From: Coleofasciculus chthonoplastes F2-STO-03
Lineage (GTDB): Bacteria > Cyanobacteriota > Cyanobacteriia > Cyanobacteriales > Coleofasciculaceae
NCBI GenBank assembly: GCA_040222015.1
Contig: JAVJWO010000072.1
Span: 1 to 64,000 of the forward strand
DNA: 64,000 nucleotides
Direction of reading: 5' to 3'
The position numbers were made by a program, and so were the translations under genes. Shown here one piece after another: positions 40,803 to 49,705 of the stretch. The notes under the pieces are model-generated. The model ran no database searches. It was not told where the DNA came from and saw only the letters and a program-made list of their open reading frames with translations. Position 1 is the first letter of the stretch. Each line of letters starts with the position of its first letter.

Positions 40803-43547
40803 ATGGCTGACATTTTTATTTCCTACTCCTCCCCAGACAAAGAGGCAATTCAGAGAATCTGTGATGCCCTGAACCAAGAGAACCGAAACATTTGGATTAA
40901 CTGGCAAGAAAATCCTCTAACGCAGACTGAACCAGAAATAGAAGCCGCCCACACCTGTATTTTTTTTATTAGTCCCCACGCCATTCAATCGGAGTGCTGT
41001 ACTCAAGAACTGGAGTACGCAATTCAACGCTGCAAACGCATTATCCCAATTGTGCTGCGGGATGATCAACTCCAAGGCGTACATCCAGAATTAGCTAGGC
41101 TAAACTGGGTATTCTTCCGCGAAACCGATAATTTTAATGGGTCATTGGAGTCCCTTCTCAAAACCCTAGATACCGATTTAGATCATATTAAGAAACATAG
41201 CCGCTGGCAACAACTGGCGAAAGAGTGGGATAAGAAACAACGCAATAACCACCTTTTACTCCGAGGAAGTGAACTCGAAGCTGCCGAACAATGGTTGACA
41301 ACCAATGCGGAAATCGAACCCAAACCCACCCAACTTCAACGAGAGTATATTGATGCAGGACGAAAAGCCAGAACCCGTGGTCAAAGACGACTCTTGGCTG
41401 GCGTTAGTGTGGCGTTAGGCGCTTCGGTTATTTTAGGCGGAGTGGCATTCGGGCAATATTTAAGAGCAGAACGACTGCGGATGCTTGCCCTAACCGGGCA
41501 GATTATTAGCCACAGTAAAACAGCAGAAGCTTTGTTTGCTTCCGGTCAAGGCTTTGAAGCCCAATTAGAAGCCCTGAAAGCGGGTCATAAACTGCAAACC
41601 GCGAACTGGACTCGTAATGATCCGTCATTAAACGCCACCGTAATCACCGCCCTCCATCACAGCTTGGCTTGGGGTAGAGAACGGAACCAATTAGAGGGTC
41701 ATACGGACAGAGTATGGGATGTCAGTTATAGTCCCGATGGGGAATGGATTGCTACGGCGAGTAATGACCAAACCGTAAAACTTTGGCGTCCAGATGGTAC
41801 TTTAGTTCGTACCCTCACCGGACACAATCAGCAAGTCCGGGGCGTAAGTTTCTCTCCAGATGGGCAAACCCTTGCCAGTGGCAGTTTAGATGGGACGGTT
41901 AACCTGTGGAATCAAGAGGGAACCGTGATTAAAACCATCGCCGCCCATGATAATGCTGTCAATAGCGTCAGGTTTAGCCCCGATGGTGAACTCCTCGCCA
42001 CCGCCAGTGATGACCAAACTGTGAAACTTTGGCAGCTAGATGGCAGGTTGGTGGGTACTCTAGAAGGACATCAGGGTCAAGTGTATGGCGTCAGTTTTAG
42101 CCCTGATGGTGAAACCTTGGCGACAGCGAGTTGGGATGGTATGGTAAAGGTTTGGACGCTAGAGGGTGAAGAACTGTTAACCCTCACGGGTCATGACGCT
42201 GGCGTTACCGGGGTTAGCTTTAGTCCAGATGGGCAAATTATTGCCTCAAGTGGTGCAGACAATACAATCAAACTCTGGAGTCAAGACGGCAGGCTGATTG
42301 CCACGCTCAGGGGACATGATAGCCTAATCAATAGCGTGGTTTGGAGTCCCGATGGACAAACTCTCGCCTCCAGTAGTGATGACCAAACCGTGAAACTCTG
42401 GCGTTTAGATGTAGAGACGTTGCATGCAACGTCTCTACAACAGACGCTGACTGGACATCAGGGTGCGGTTTATGGGATGAGTTTTAGTCCCGATGGGCAG
42501 ACGTTGGCGTCGGCGAGTTTAGATAAGAGTGTAAAACTGTGGCAACTGGGTGAACGTCAGCTGGTTGATACGCTTAAGGGACATCAGGATGCTGTTAATA
42601 GTGTCCGGTTTAGTCCCCAGGGGAATTATTTGGCATCGGCGAGTTCAGACAATACGGTGAAACTCTGGCAAAGTGATGGGAAAGAGTTAGCGACGCTGCA
42701 AGAGAATAGCGATCGCGTCTATGATGTGAACTTTAGCCCCGACGGTGAGACGATCGTCACGGTGGGTGATGACAAACTCCTGCGCTTGTGGAACCGAGCG
42801 GGGAAACTCCTGAAGACTTTGCCAGGGGAAGAAAATCTAGAGGATAGACATCGCGATCGCATAAATCGGGTGAGTTTTTCTCCAGATGGTGAAACCATTG
42901 CCACGGCGAGTGAGGATGCGACGGTTAAGTTGTGGAATCGCGACGGAACCCTACTGAAAACCCTCAATGAACATAGTAGTGGCGTCAATGATATTAGTTT
43001 CTCCCCCGACGGTGAGATGATTGCTTCAGTTAGTGATGACAACACCGTGATTTGGGATAAAACTGGCACAGTACTCTCATCATGGCAGGCATACGAGGAA
43101 CCGATCAAAGCCGTGAGTTTTGCCCCTGACGGTGAGACGATTGCCACGGCTAGTGAGGATAAAACGGTGAAACTCTGGAATAAAGACGGTGTTTTATTAA
43201 ATACGCTTGAAGGTCATGATAATCCAGTTTATGCGGTAGCATTTTCTCCTGACGGTCAAACCATTGCATCCGGAAGTTTAGACGGACAGATCAAACTCTG
43301 GCAACGTGATGGCACGCCAATTGTCACCCTTAAAGGGCATCAGGATGAAATCAGAGGGTTGAGTTTTCACCCCGATAAGCAATTGTTGGCATCTGCCAGT
43401 TTGGACAACAGCATCATTTTGTGGAATTTGGAGGATGTTAATCAAACTGTTCTGGATAATCTCCTGGTTCGCAGTTGTGACTGGGTAGGGAATTATCTGA
43501 AGACTAACCCCAATGTAACAGACCGCGATCGCGCCCTTTGCAACTAA
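40803..43547 (+). CDS. TIR domain - transmembrane helix - WD40 repeat protein (paralog)
   Basis: DIFISYS..SECCTQELEYA TIR, TM segment and about 14 WD40 repeats. Confidence 0.93.
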   Translation: MADIFISYSSPDKEAIQRICDALNQENRNIWINWQENPLTQTEPEIEAAHTCIFFISPHAIQSECCTQELEYAIQRCKRIIPIVLRDDQLQGVHPELARLNWVFFRETDNFNGSLESLLKTLDTDLDHIKKHSRWQQLAKEWDKKQRNNHLLLRGSELEAAEQWLTTNAEIEPKPTQLQREYIDAGRKARTRGQRRLLAGVSVALGASVILGGVAFGQYLRAERLRMLALTGQIISHSKTAEALFASGQGFEAQLEALKAGHKLQTANWTRNDPSLNATVITALHHSLAWGRERNQLEGHTDRVWDVSYSPDGEWIATASNDQTVKLWRPDGTLVRTLTGHNQQVRGVSFSPDGQTLASGSLDGTVNLWNQEGTVIKTIAAHDNAVNSVRFSPDGELLATASDDQTVKLWQLDGRLVGTLEGHQGQVYGVSFSPDGETLATASWDGMVKVWTLEGEELLTLTGHDAGVTGVSFSPDGQIIASSGADNTIKLWSQDGRLIATLRGHDSLINSVVWSPDGQTLASSSDDQTVKLWRLDVETLHATSLQQTLTGHQGAVYGMSFSPDGQTLASASLDKSVKLWQLGERQLVDTLKGHQDAVNSVRFSPQGNYLASASSDNTVKLWQSDGKELATLQENSDRVYDVNFSPDGETIVTVGDDKLLRLWNRAGKLLKTLPGEENLEDRHRDRINRVSFSPDGETIATASEDATVKLWNRDGTLLKTLNEHSSGVNDISFSPDGEMIASVSDDNTVIWDKTGTVLSSWQAYEEPIKAVSFAPDGETIATASEDKTVKLWNKDGVLLNTLEGHDNPVYAVAFSPDGQTIASGSLDGQIKLWQRDGTPIVTLKGHQDEIRGLSFHPDKQLLASASLDNSIILWNLEDVNQTVLDNLLVRSCDWVGNYLKTNPNVTDRDRALCN

Positions 43548-43746
43548 TTAAAGGCAGAAGGCAGAAGGCAGAAGGTAGAAGGGAACCTGGCGCGTGTTCC
43601 TTCGCTTCGCTAGTCGGACATGATATTGTGTAGGGGCGGGTTTAGGGACTTTCTTTTGGCTAGGGATGATAACGTTTGTTCAAAACCCGCCCTGACATGG
43701 CTTCTCAAGGGAGCGAGTATGACATAAGACATAAGACATAAGACCA

Positions 43747-45306
43747 TCAACTTCTCGGACGCCCTAGAGTAGTAATATAAAGAACCGCCTCATCCGGAGG
43801 AATCCCCAAAACCTCATTCACTTGCTGATCAAAGAACCCGCCAATACCACTTACCCCCAACCTTAAATAAATCGCCGCTAAATTGAGCCGTTGTCCCAAA
43901 TGTCCCGCATCCAGATGCAGGTAACGATAAGCGCGATCGCCATACTTGGCGACAGCTTTTTTCAAGTCGGCTGTGTGAAAGAGAACCACACTAGCATCCC
44001 GCCCTAACTCTTGTCCTAAGCACAAATAATGTAATTCTCGGCGAAAGTTCTTAAAGCGGATTTGCCGCAATTCTTGAGCTTTTGGGGCATAATAATAGCA
44101 GCCTTCGTCTAAACCCATCACTCCTGAAATTGCCACAAAGGTTTCAATTAAACTCAGATCCAAATAATCAGGAGAAGGTTCAAATCCTTGCTCGCTGTAG
44201 TGTTGGGGTTGGTAGGTGAAATCGAGGAGCAATTTAAGTTCATCTAAGGATAGCGGCGCACCAGTATAAGCGCGAGTTGATCGCCGTTTGAGAATCGTAT
44301 TTTCCAAAGCTTGAGGCGCATATCCTTCCCTGGTAACACTACCCCATTGAATCGGTGATGTAGTCGTAGAGATTTTGGTGCAGAAGGGAAAATTATACTT
44401 GTCTTCACCTACCTTTTCTGACTCTGATTCCCCAGATGGTGGCGATTCGATTTCCTGCTTATCTGTCGGTTCAATTTGCGTCGCTTGATGCAGGTAAGCC
44501 AGCAATTCCCCATCAGGAAGTTCGGGATAGTCAAACTGCGTCGCTGACGGTAAAGCAGTGGGCTGAGAGGGGTTGCTTTGTCCCTGAAATTGATCCGCGA
44601 GGGGAACAACTGCGATCGCGCCTTCTTGTTCCGGGTTAAGATAAAGCAGATCATTCACCTTCTGATCGACAAAGCCACCAATCAGAGAGGGACGATACCC
44701 GGTTAACGCACCCGCGAGTTCAATATTGCCTAACAAATGACCCGTATCCAGAAATACTCGACGATAGGCGCGGTCTTCATAGCGCCAAGCTGAACGATAA
44801 AATATAGCGGTGGTGATAATCGCCAGTTCTGTTGTCTCTAAGCTAGGATGCTGGAAACAAGCCTCTTTTAGCCCTGACCAAACCTCGCTATCCCAAAAAC
44901 GCACTAGAGAATGGCTAGGACACTGATAGTTATACAGTCCTGGAGCTAATATAGAAGTCCCCCTGGAAATTAAATAGACTTCCGCCGGATACAATCCCCC
45001 GGCTGAAGGCGCCGCCCTTAAATAAACCGGAGGTCCAATCATAGTTGCCATCTTAGCCGTTAAGCCATAGCTGCACAAGAGCAACCGTGACAACCGCCAC
45101 CAACTTTTACCGGGTTCCTGGGCGAACGCCTGGGGATCTTCTTTGAGATAGGGCTTCAGATCAATGGTTGTTCCTAGTTTATACTCTTTAAAGGGTATCG
45201 GTTGATTGTCCCAGTCTAATCGCTTATTTTTGGACGCGATCGTCTCCGGATCATATTTGGTGCGCTCGTGATAATGTTGAGCAATGGATAATTGTGGGTT
45301 GGACAT
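43747..45306 (-). CDS. SagB/ThcOx-family (tandem nitroreductase-fold) dehydrogenase
   Basis: RAAPSAGGLYP, RYEDRAYR, RRSTR and KYGDRAYRY..DAGH. Confidence 0.9.
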   Translation of the reverse strand: MSNPQLSIAQHYHERTKYDPETIASKNKRLDWDNQPIPFKEYKLGTTIDLKPYLKEDPQAFAQEPGKSWWRLSRLLLCSYGLTAKMATMIGPPVYLRAAPSAGGLYPAEVYLISRGTSILAPGLYNYQCPSHSLVRFWDSEVWSGLKEACFQHPSLETTELAIITTAIFYRSAWRYEDRAYRRVFLDTGHLLGNIELAGALTGYRPSLIGGFVDQKVNDLLYLNPEQEGAIAVVPLADQFQGQSNPSQPTALPSATQFDYPELPDGELLAYLHQATQIEPTDKQEIESPPSGESESEKVGEDKYNFPFCTKISTTTSPIQWGSVTREGYAPQALENTILKRRSTRAYTGAPLSLDELKLLLDFTYQPQHYSEQGFEPSPDYLDLSLIETFVAISGVMGLDEGCYYYAPKAQELRQIRFKNFRRELHYLCLGQELGRDASVVLFHTADLKKAVAKYGDRAYRYLHLDAGHLGQRLNLAAIYLRLGVSGIGGFFDQQVNEVLGIPPDEAVLYITTLGRPRS

Positions 45307-45676
45307 AGTTTTTTCAGGATAGTGTTTGCTCTAGCTTTTATCTAGAAGTTTTTAATATAACTATCGTTATCCTAATTCGTAGCTGGTATATCTCGCCCAT
45401 ATACAGCATGGACGGGGTCGTTGACTTATGAGTTAATCATTTCCAACTTTGATAATAAAACATTTCTACATAGAACACCAAGCCTACTTTCATGATTATA
45501 GGATAAAAAAATATCGTCGTTTGCATACCAAGAAACCCAGTTGATTAGCCTTGATTTTGAAGACTTGACCGATACTCTCAAACCAGCTCTCTTTAATCAC
45601 AAAAGCTTTTATTTGTCAATCTACATCAAGAATTAAATATAAATCTTGATAATCCTTAAAAAAAAATTAGGAAAAA

Positions 45677-45692
45677 TGTAGCTTTCGCTACA
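45677..45692. promoter_or_regulatory. Candidate NtcA box
   Basis: TGTAGC-TTTC-GCTACA (GTA-N8-TAC, palindromic) in a divergent intergenic region. Confidence 0.5.
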
Positions 45693-45796
45693 ATGCCTTA
45701 CCCTTAATACAGGGTTTTAATCATAAATCTATAGTGACCTTATCAGGCAGATTAAATTGGGAAGAGGAAGAAGAACCTTCCAGAGTCACAGAGCAG

Positions 45797-46360
45797 ATGG
45801 AGAAGATTGGTAGAACAGAGTTACTAGCTCAATATGCTAAGGGTAGACGCGACTTCAGTGCGATTGATATCAGTGAGGCAGACTTATTTGAAGCGGATCT
45901 ACAAGGCATTAATTTGAATGGCTCTTACTTACAAAAGAGTTATTTGCCTTACTCTAACCTCAGTCAAGCCCAACTCCAACACGCTCAACTGCAAGCAGCT
46001 GAGTTGAGCGATACTAAATTATGCCAGAGTAATCTATCTCAGGCAAATTTACAACAAGCGAATCTATCACGGGCAACATTACGTCGTGCCAATTTACGGG
46101 GTGCTAATTTAGCCTATACCAACTTGCAAGGGGCTGATTTAGGCAATGCTGATCTAAGGGATGCCAATTTGAATTATGCTAACTTAAGCGGTGCTAATTT
46201 AACTCGGGCAAATTTAAGTCAAGCTAAGTTAAAGGGAGCAATTTTTTTTCGCAGCCATAATGTTGATTTTTCTAATGCTTATGTCGATTGTTCAACTATT
46301 TATCCAGATGGACATCGACATGATTGTAAAGCATCGCCAGGAAATCAATTTCCTGGCTAA
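45797..46360 (+). CDS. Pentapeptide repeat protein
   Basis: ELLAQYAKGRRDFS followed by ANL repeats. Start is 45797 or 45734. Confidence 0.9.
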   Translation: MEKIGRTELLAQYAKGRRDFSAIDISEADLFEADLQGINLNGSYLQKSYLPYSNLSQAQLQHAQLQAAELSDTKLCQSNLSQANLQQANLSRATLRRANLRGANLAYTNLQGADLGNADLRDANLNYANLSGANLTRANLSQAKLKGAIFFRSHNVDFSNAYVDCSTIYPDGHRHDCKASPGNQFPG

Positions 46361-46533
46361 AAGCTAAAGTAAGCTAAAGCTTACTATATTTAATGTTCCC
46401 AGCCATTTTAGCCTTTTATATAAAAATATAAAAAATCAGCTTAAAAATTATAAATCATCATTAATGTAACAAATAATTGATAATGACTCCAAAGTCTCGA
46501 AGAAGTAAGGAATTAAAATTATCTATGTAGCTC

Positions 46534-47844
46534 ATGACTAAGATCCGGTTTATTGATTTGTTTGCAGGCATAGGTGGGATGCGCCTAGCCTTTGAACAAG
46601 GAGCTAACACCTTAAACTACAAAACTGAATGTGTTTTCGCAAGTGAAATCAGTCCAGAATGTCAATGGGTTTACAAAAATAATTTTAACCATGAGATATT
46701 AGGAGATATCCGAGCAATTAACCAATTACCAGCCCATGACGTTTTATTGGCAGGTTTTCCTTGTCAGTCTTTTTCCTATGCGGGTAAGAAGGCAGGATTT
46801 GGAGACACGAGAGGAACATTGTTTTTTGAAATATTGAGATTAATCGATACCTGTAAACCTCAAGCATTAATTTTTGAAAATGTTCGTGGTCTTTATAGTC
46901 ATGATCAGGGTAAAACGCTACAAACAATCAAGCGTGAAATTAAAGAACGAGGCTATAGCTTTGATACATTTCTGCTAAACGCTGCTCATTTTGGATTACC
47001 GCAAAACCGGGTTCGCCTGTACATGGTCGGGATTTTAGGTGCTTCGCCAAAATTTGAGTTAGTTTCTGATGTGGGTCCGCCCGATTCCCATTCTTATAAT
47101 TGTCAGCAGCTATCCTTATTTAATCCCTTGACCCAACCTGTTGCCGTGGCTGATATATTAGAAGATAATCCTGATTCTAAATATGATTGTTCCCCGGAGT
47201 TTGTTGAAGCTCTAAAAAGTCGATTAAACAATAATTTGAATCAATTGCATGGTCGGCGGCTGATTGATTATCGTGGCGGAAATTCTCTGCACTCATGGGA
47301 ACTGGGTTTACGGGGAAAATGTAGTCCAGAAGAAATTGAGTTAATGAATCGTTTTATTTTGAAGCGCCGGAATAAAGTATTCGGTCGTAATCAAGATGGT
47401 AAGTTGCTGAGTCGAGAGCAAATCGCTAGCTTTTTTAATTATCCCCATTTAGAACAAATTCTTGACTCACTCGTGGCTAAAAAATATTTACAAATTGTTG
47501 ATGGTAAATACAAACCTGTATCAGGGAACTTCTCCTTTGAAGTTTACAAGTTTTTAGATCCCCGAAAAATATCAGTCACGTTGGTTGCTAGCGATGCCAA
47601 TCGATTAGGAATTTATCACAATGATCGTGTTCGGAGAATCACACCGCGAGAAGCTGCACGTCTCCAGGGATTTCCCGATGAGTTTATTTTGCATAGTAAC
47701 GATGATAAAGTGTACTATCAGTTAGGTAATTCTGTCAGTATCAATGTTGTGAAAGCTGTCGCCCGCGACGTTATTTTGAATACATTATCATGTCAAAGCA
47801 GAAACAAAAGTCTGATGACGCTCAACTCTCTATCTGGAAAGTGA
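46534..47844 (+). CDS. DNA (cytosine-5) methyltransferase, apparently orphan
   Basis: Motifs FAGIGG, GFPCQ, ENV, PQNRVR, REAARLQGFP and GNSV. Confidence 0.96.
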   Translation: MTKIRFIDLFAGIGGMRLAFEQGANTLNYKTECVFASEISPECQWVYKNNFNHEILGDIRAINQLPAHDVLLAGFPCQSFSYAGKKAGFGDTRGTLFFEILRLIDTCKPQALIFENVRGLYSHDQGKTLQTIKREIKERGYSFDTFLLNAAHFGLPQNRVRLYMVGILGASPKFELVSDVGPPDSHSYNCQQLSLFNPLTQPVAVADILEDNPDSKYDCSPEFVEALKSRLNNNLNQLHGRRLIDYRGGNSLHSWELGLRGKCSPEEIELMNRFILKRRNKVFGRNQDGKLLSREQIASFFNYPHLEQILDSLVAKKYLQIVDGKYKPVSGNFSFEVYKFLDPRKISVTLVASDANRLGIYHNDRVRRITPREAARLQGFPDEFILHSNDDKVYYQLGNSVSINVVKAVARDVILNTLSCQSRNKSLMTLNSLSGK

Positions 47845-47902
47845 TTATTGGGAACATATCAAGTTTGCACCAAATGTTCAAGCTAACCAAGGGAGTTGGG
47901 TT

Positions 47903-48001
47903 GGGAGCATCCCGTTTTGGACAAAGCATTACCTAAAGTAACGCAATTGCAAGGGTTTCAGCCCCATTCAAAGAGCCAACGTGCCAAATTGGGATGCTCC
48001 C
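47903..48001. mobile_element. 99-bp MITE with 18-bp terminal inverted repeats and 8-bp target duplication
   Basis: GGGAGCATCCCGTTTTGG...CCAAATTGGGATGCTCCC (16/18 match) flanked by direct GTTGGGTT at 47895-47902 and 48002-48009. Confidence 0.88.
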
Positions 48002-48206
48002 GTTGGGTTTCGTGCCTCAACCCAACCTACAATGTTGATATGCACCGTGATTATTGGCGCGATCGCGTTTACTATCTTGAGTTACTCTAGCTTTACAGGT
48101 AGCGCAGTTGCGGCTAATCTGCACTCCTGTTCTAATTTAGCGAAGGGTAGGATTATAACGATGATTTCACCAGATACCAAACTTAACGTTTATTGTGCCT
48201 ACCTAC

Positions 48207-49271
48207 TTAACCATGTTTAGGTCGTCGTACCCAGTGAGAACGCAGGGGACTGAGAACGCGGTTGAGTAGGCGAATTTGTTCGGCTGTCCCCATGCAGATG
48301 AGTACATCTCCAGATAATAGGAGGGTTTCACCATTGGGTCCAGCAATCAGATTGCCATCGGCGCGGCGAATTGCCAAAACTAATGCCCCGGTTTGCGATC
48401 GCAAATGAGCTTCCCGTAGGGTTTTTCCGATCAAAGGACAGCTTGAGGGGTCAATCAGAAACTCTTCCATGTAAAATGAACGATCAGCCCCGGTGATAAT
48501 CCCATCTACAAAGTCCATCACCTGGGGTCTCAGGGCAGCCGATGCCATGCGCTTACCCCCGGTGATGTAGGGAGACACCACCGCATCTGCACCCGCACGT
48601 TGAAGCTTTTTCAGGGCGTCTTCAGAACTCGCCCGGGCAATGGCGCGGATTTTAGGATTGAGGGTTTTGGCAGAGAGGATGGTATACAAATTTTCTGCAT
48701 CAGAGGGTAACGCCGCCACTAAACAAATTGCCTTTTCGATACTCACCGCATGTAGAGTATTATCCAAAGTAGCATCCCCTTGGACAACAATGTAACCCAA
48801 CTCCCGCGCCTCTTCTACCTGATCAGCTTGAGAGTCGATCGTGACAAACGGAATCCCCTCAGCCTTAAATTCTAGGGCAATCTGACGCCCTGTACGTCCA
48901 AAGCCGCAGAGGATATAGTGGTTGGTTAAGGTATCAATCAAGCGTCGTCGTTGCCTCAGTCGAATTCCTTGTTGAAAGTAGCCTTGAATTAGGGCTTCTG
49001 TAAAGCGATTGACAATATAACCAATGGCGATAAGACCCATTAAGATCAGGGAAATGGTGAACAAGCGTCCGCGATCGCCCAGAGGATTTGTCTCTCCATA
49101 GCCAACGGTTGCCAGAGTAATGATCGTCATGTAGGCAGCATCTGACCATGACCACCCCTCTACCAGTTTGTACCATAACGTACCGATGAGAGCGACTCCC
49201 AAGAGGGCAAGTCCACCACCAATCAGTTCTTTCCGCAGGCGTTGATATTTCTCTTCTAGAGTTGAGTACAC
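48207..49271 (-). CDS. Potassium channel with RCK (TrkA-N/TrkA-C) domains
   Basis: TVGYG selectivity filter and CGFGRTG Rossmann motif. Confidence 0.95.
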   Translation of the reverse strand: MYSTLEEKYQRLRKELIGGGLALLGVALIGTLWYKLVEGWSWSDAAYMTIITLATVGYGETNPLGDRGRLFTISLILMGLIAIGYIVNRFTEALIQGYFQQGIRLRQRRRLIDTLTNHYILCGFGRTGRQIALEFKAEGIPFVTIDSQADQVEEARELGYIVVQGDATLDNTLHAVSIEKAICLVAALPSDAENLYTILSAKTLNPKIRAIARASSEDALKKLQRAGADAVVSPYITGGKRMASAALRPQVMDFVDGIITGADRSFYMEEFLIDPSSCPLIGKTLREAHLRSQTGALVLAIRRADGNLIAGPNGETLLLSGDVLICMGTAEQIRLLNRVLSPLRSHWVRRPKHG

Positions 49272-49396
49272 GCAGATGAATGATGGATAACTGTTCCCAT
49301 AATTAAGCTATTTTCACAGTAAAATAAAATTTTTGCATTGCGTCCCTGGAGTATAAATAACGGATGTTCATCCCGAAAATCGGTAAACTGACCTGT

Positions 49397-49705
49397 TTAT
49401 GCCTCATCCACCGCCCCATAACAAAACAATACTGCGATCGCGCCACAAAAAATGCGAGAGGGAGGAAGGGAGGTGTGGCGTCGAATGACCAGTAAACTTA
49501 ACGCAATTAAGCCAATAATCAACAGTTGTAGGGCTTGGACTAACAAAGGAATCGTCATTTGCCCATTCTTATGAAACAGGGGATACGCCTTTCCCCTCAC
49601 CACAATCCCCCACAGATAAATCAATCCCAGACTAATTTCTAAACCAATCACCCCCCACAGCAACCAGACGCCAGAGGGGTGAGTCGTAGGGGATTTAATT
49701 CTCAT
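49397..49705 (-). CDS. Hypothetical membrane protein, possibly truncated
   Basis: Three hydrophobic segments; overlaps the uvrC stop; ends abruptly at VDEA. Confidence 0.5.
   Translation of the reverse strand: MRIKSPTTHPSGVWLLWGVIGLEISLGLIYLWGIVVRGKAYPLFHKNGQMTIPLLVQALQLLIIGLIALSLLVIRRHTSLPPSRIFCGAIAVLFCYGAVDEA

Noticed and set aside
40571..40813. Short ORFs between the TIR-WD40 genes
   Set aside because: They consist of REP and STRR repeats.
43747..45306. SagB-family gene as part of a RiPP (azole) cluster
   Set aside because: No YcaO, precursor peptide or transporter is adjacent. Stand-alone copies are common in cyanobacteria.
47896..48220. Short ORFs as the missing restriction endonuclease
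   Set aside because: They are too short and are made of MITE and REP sequence.
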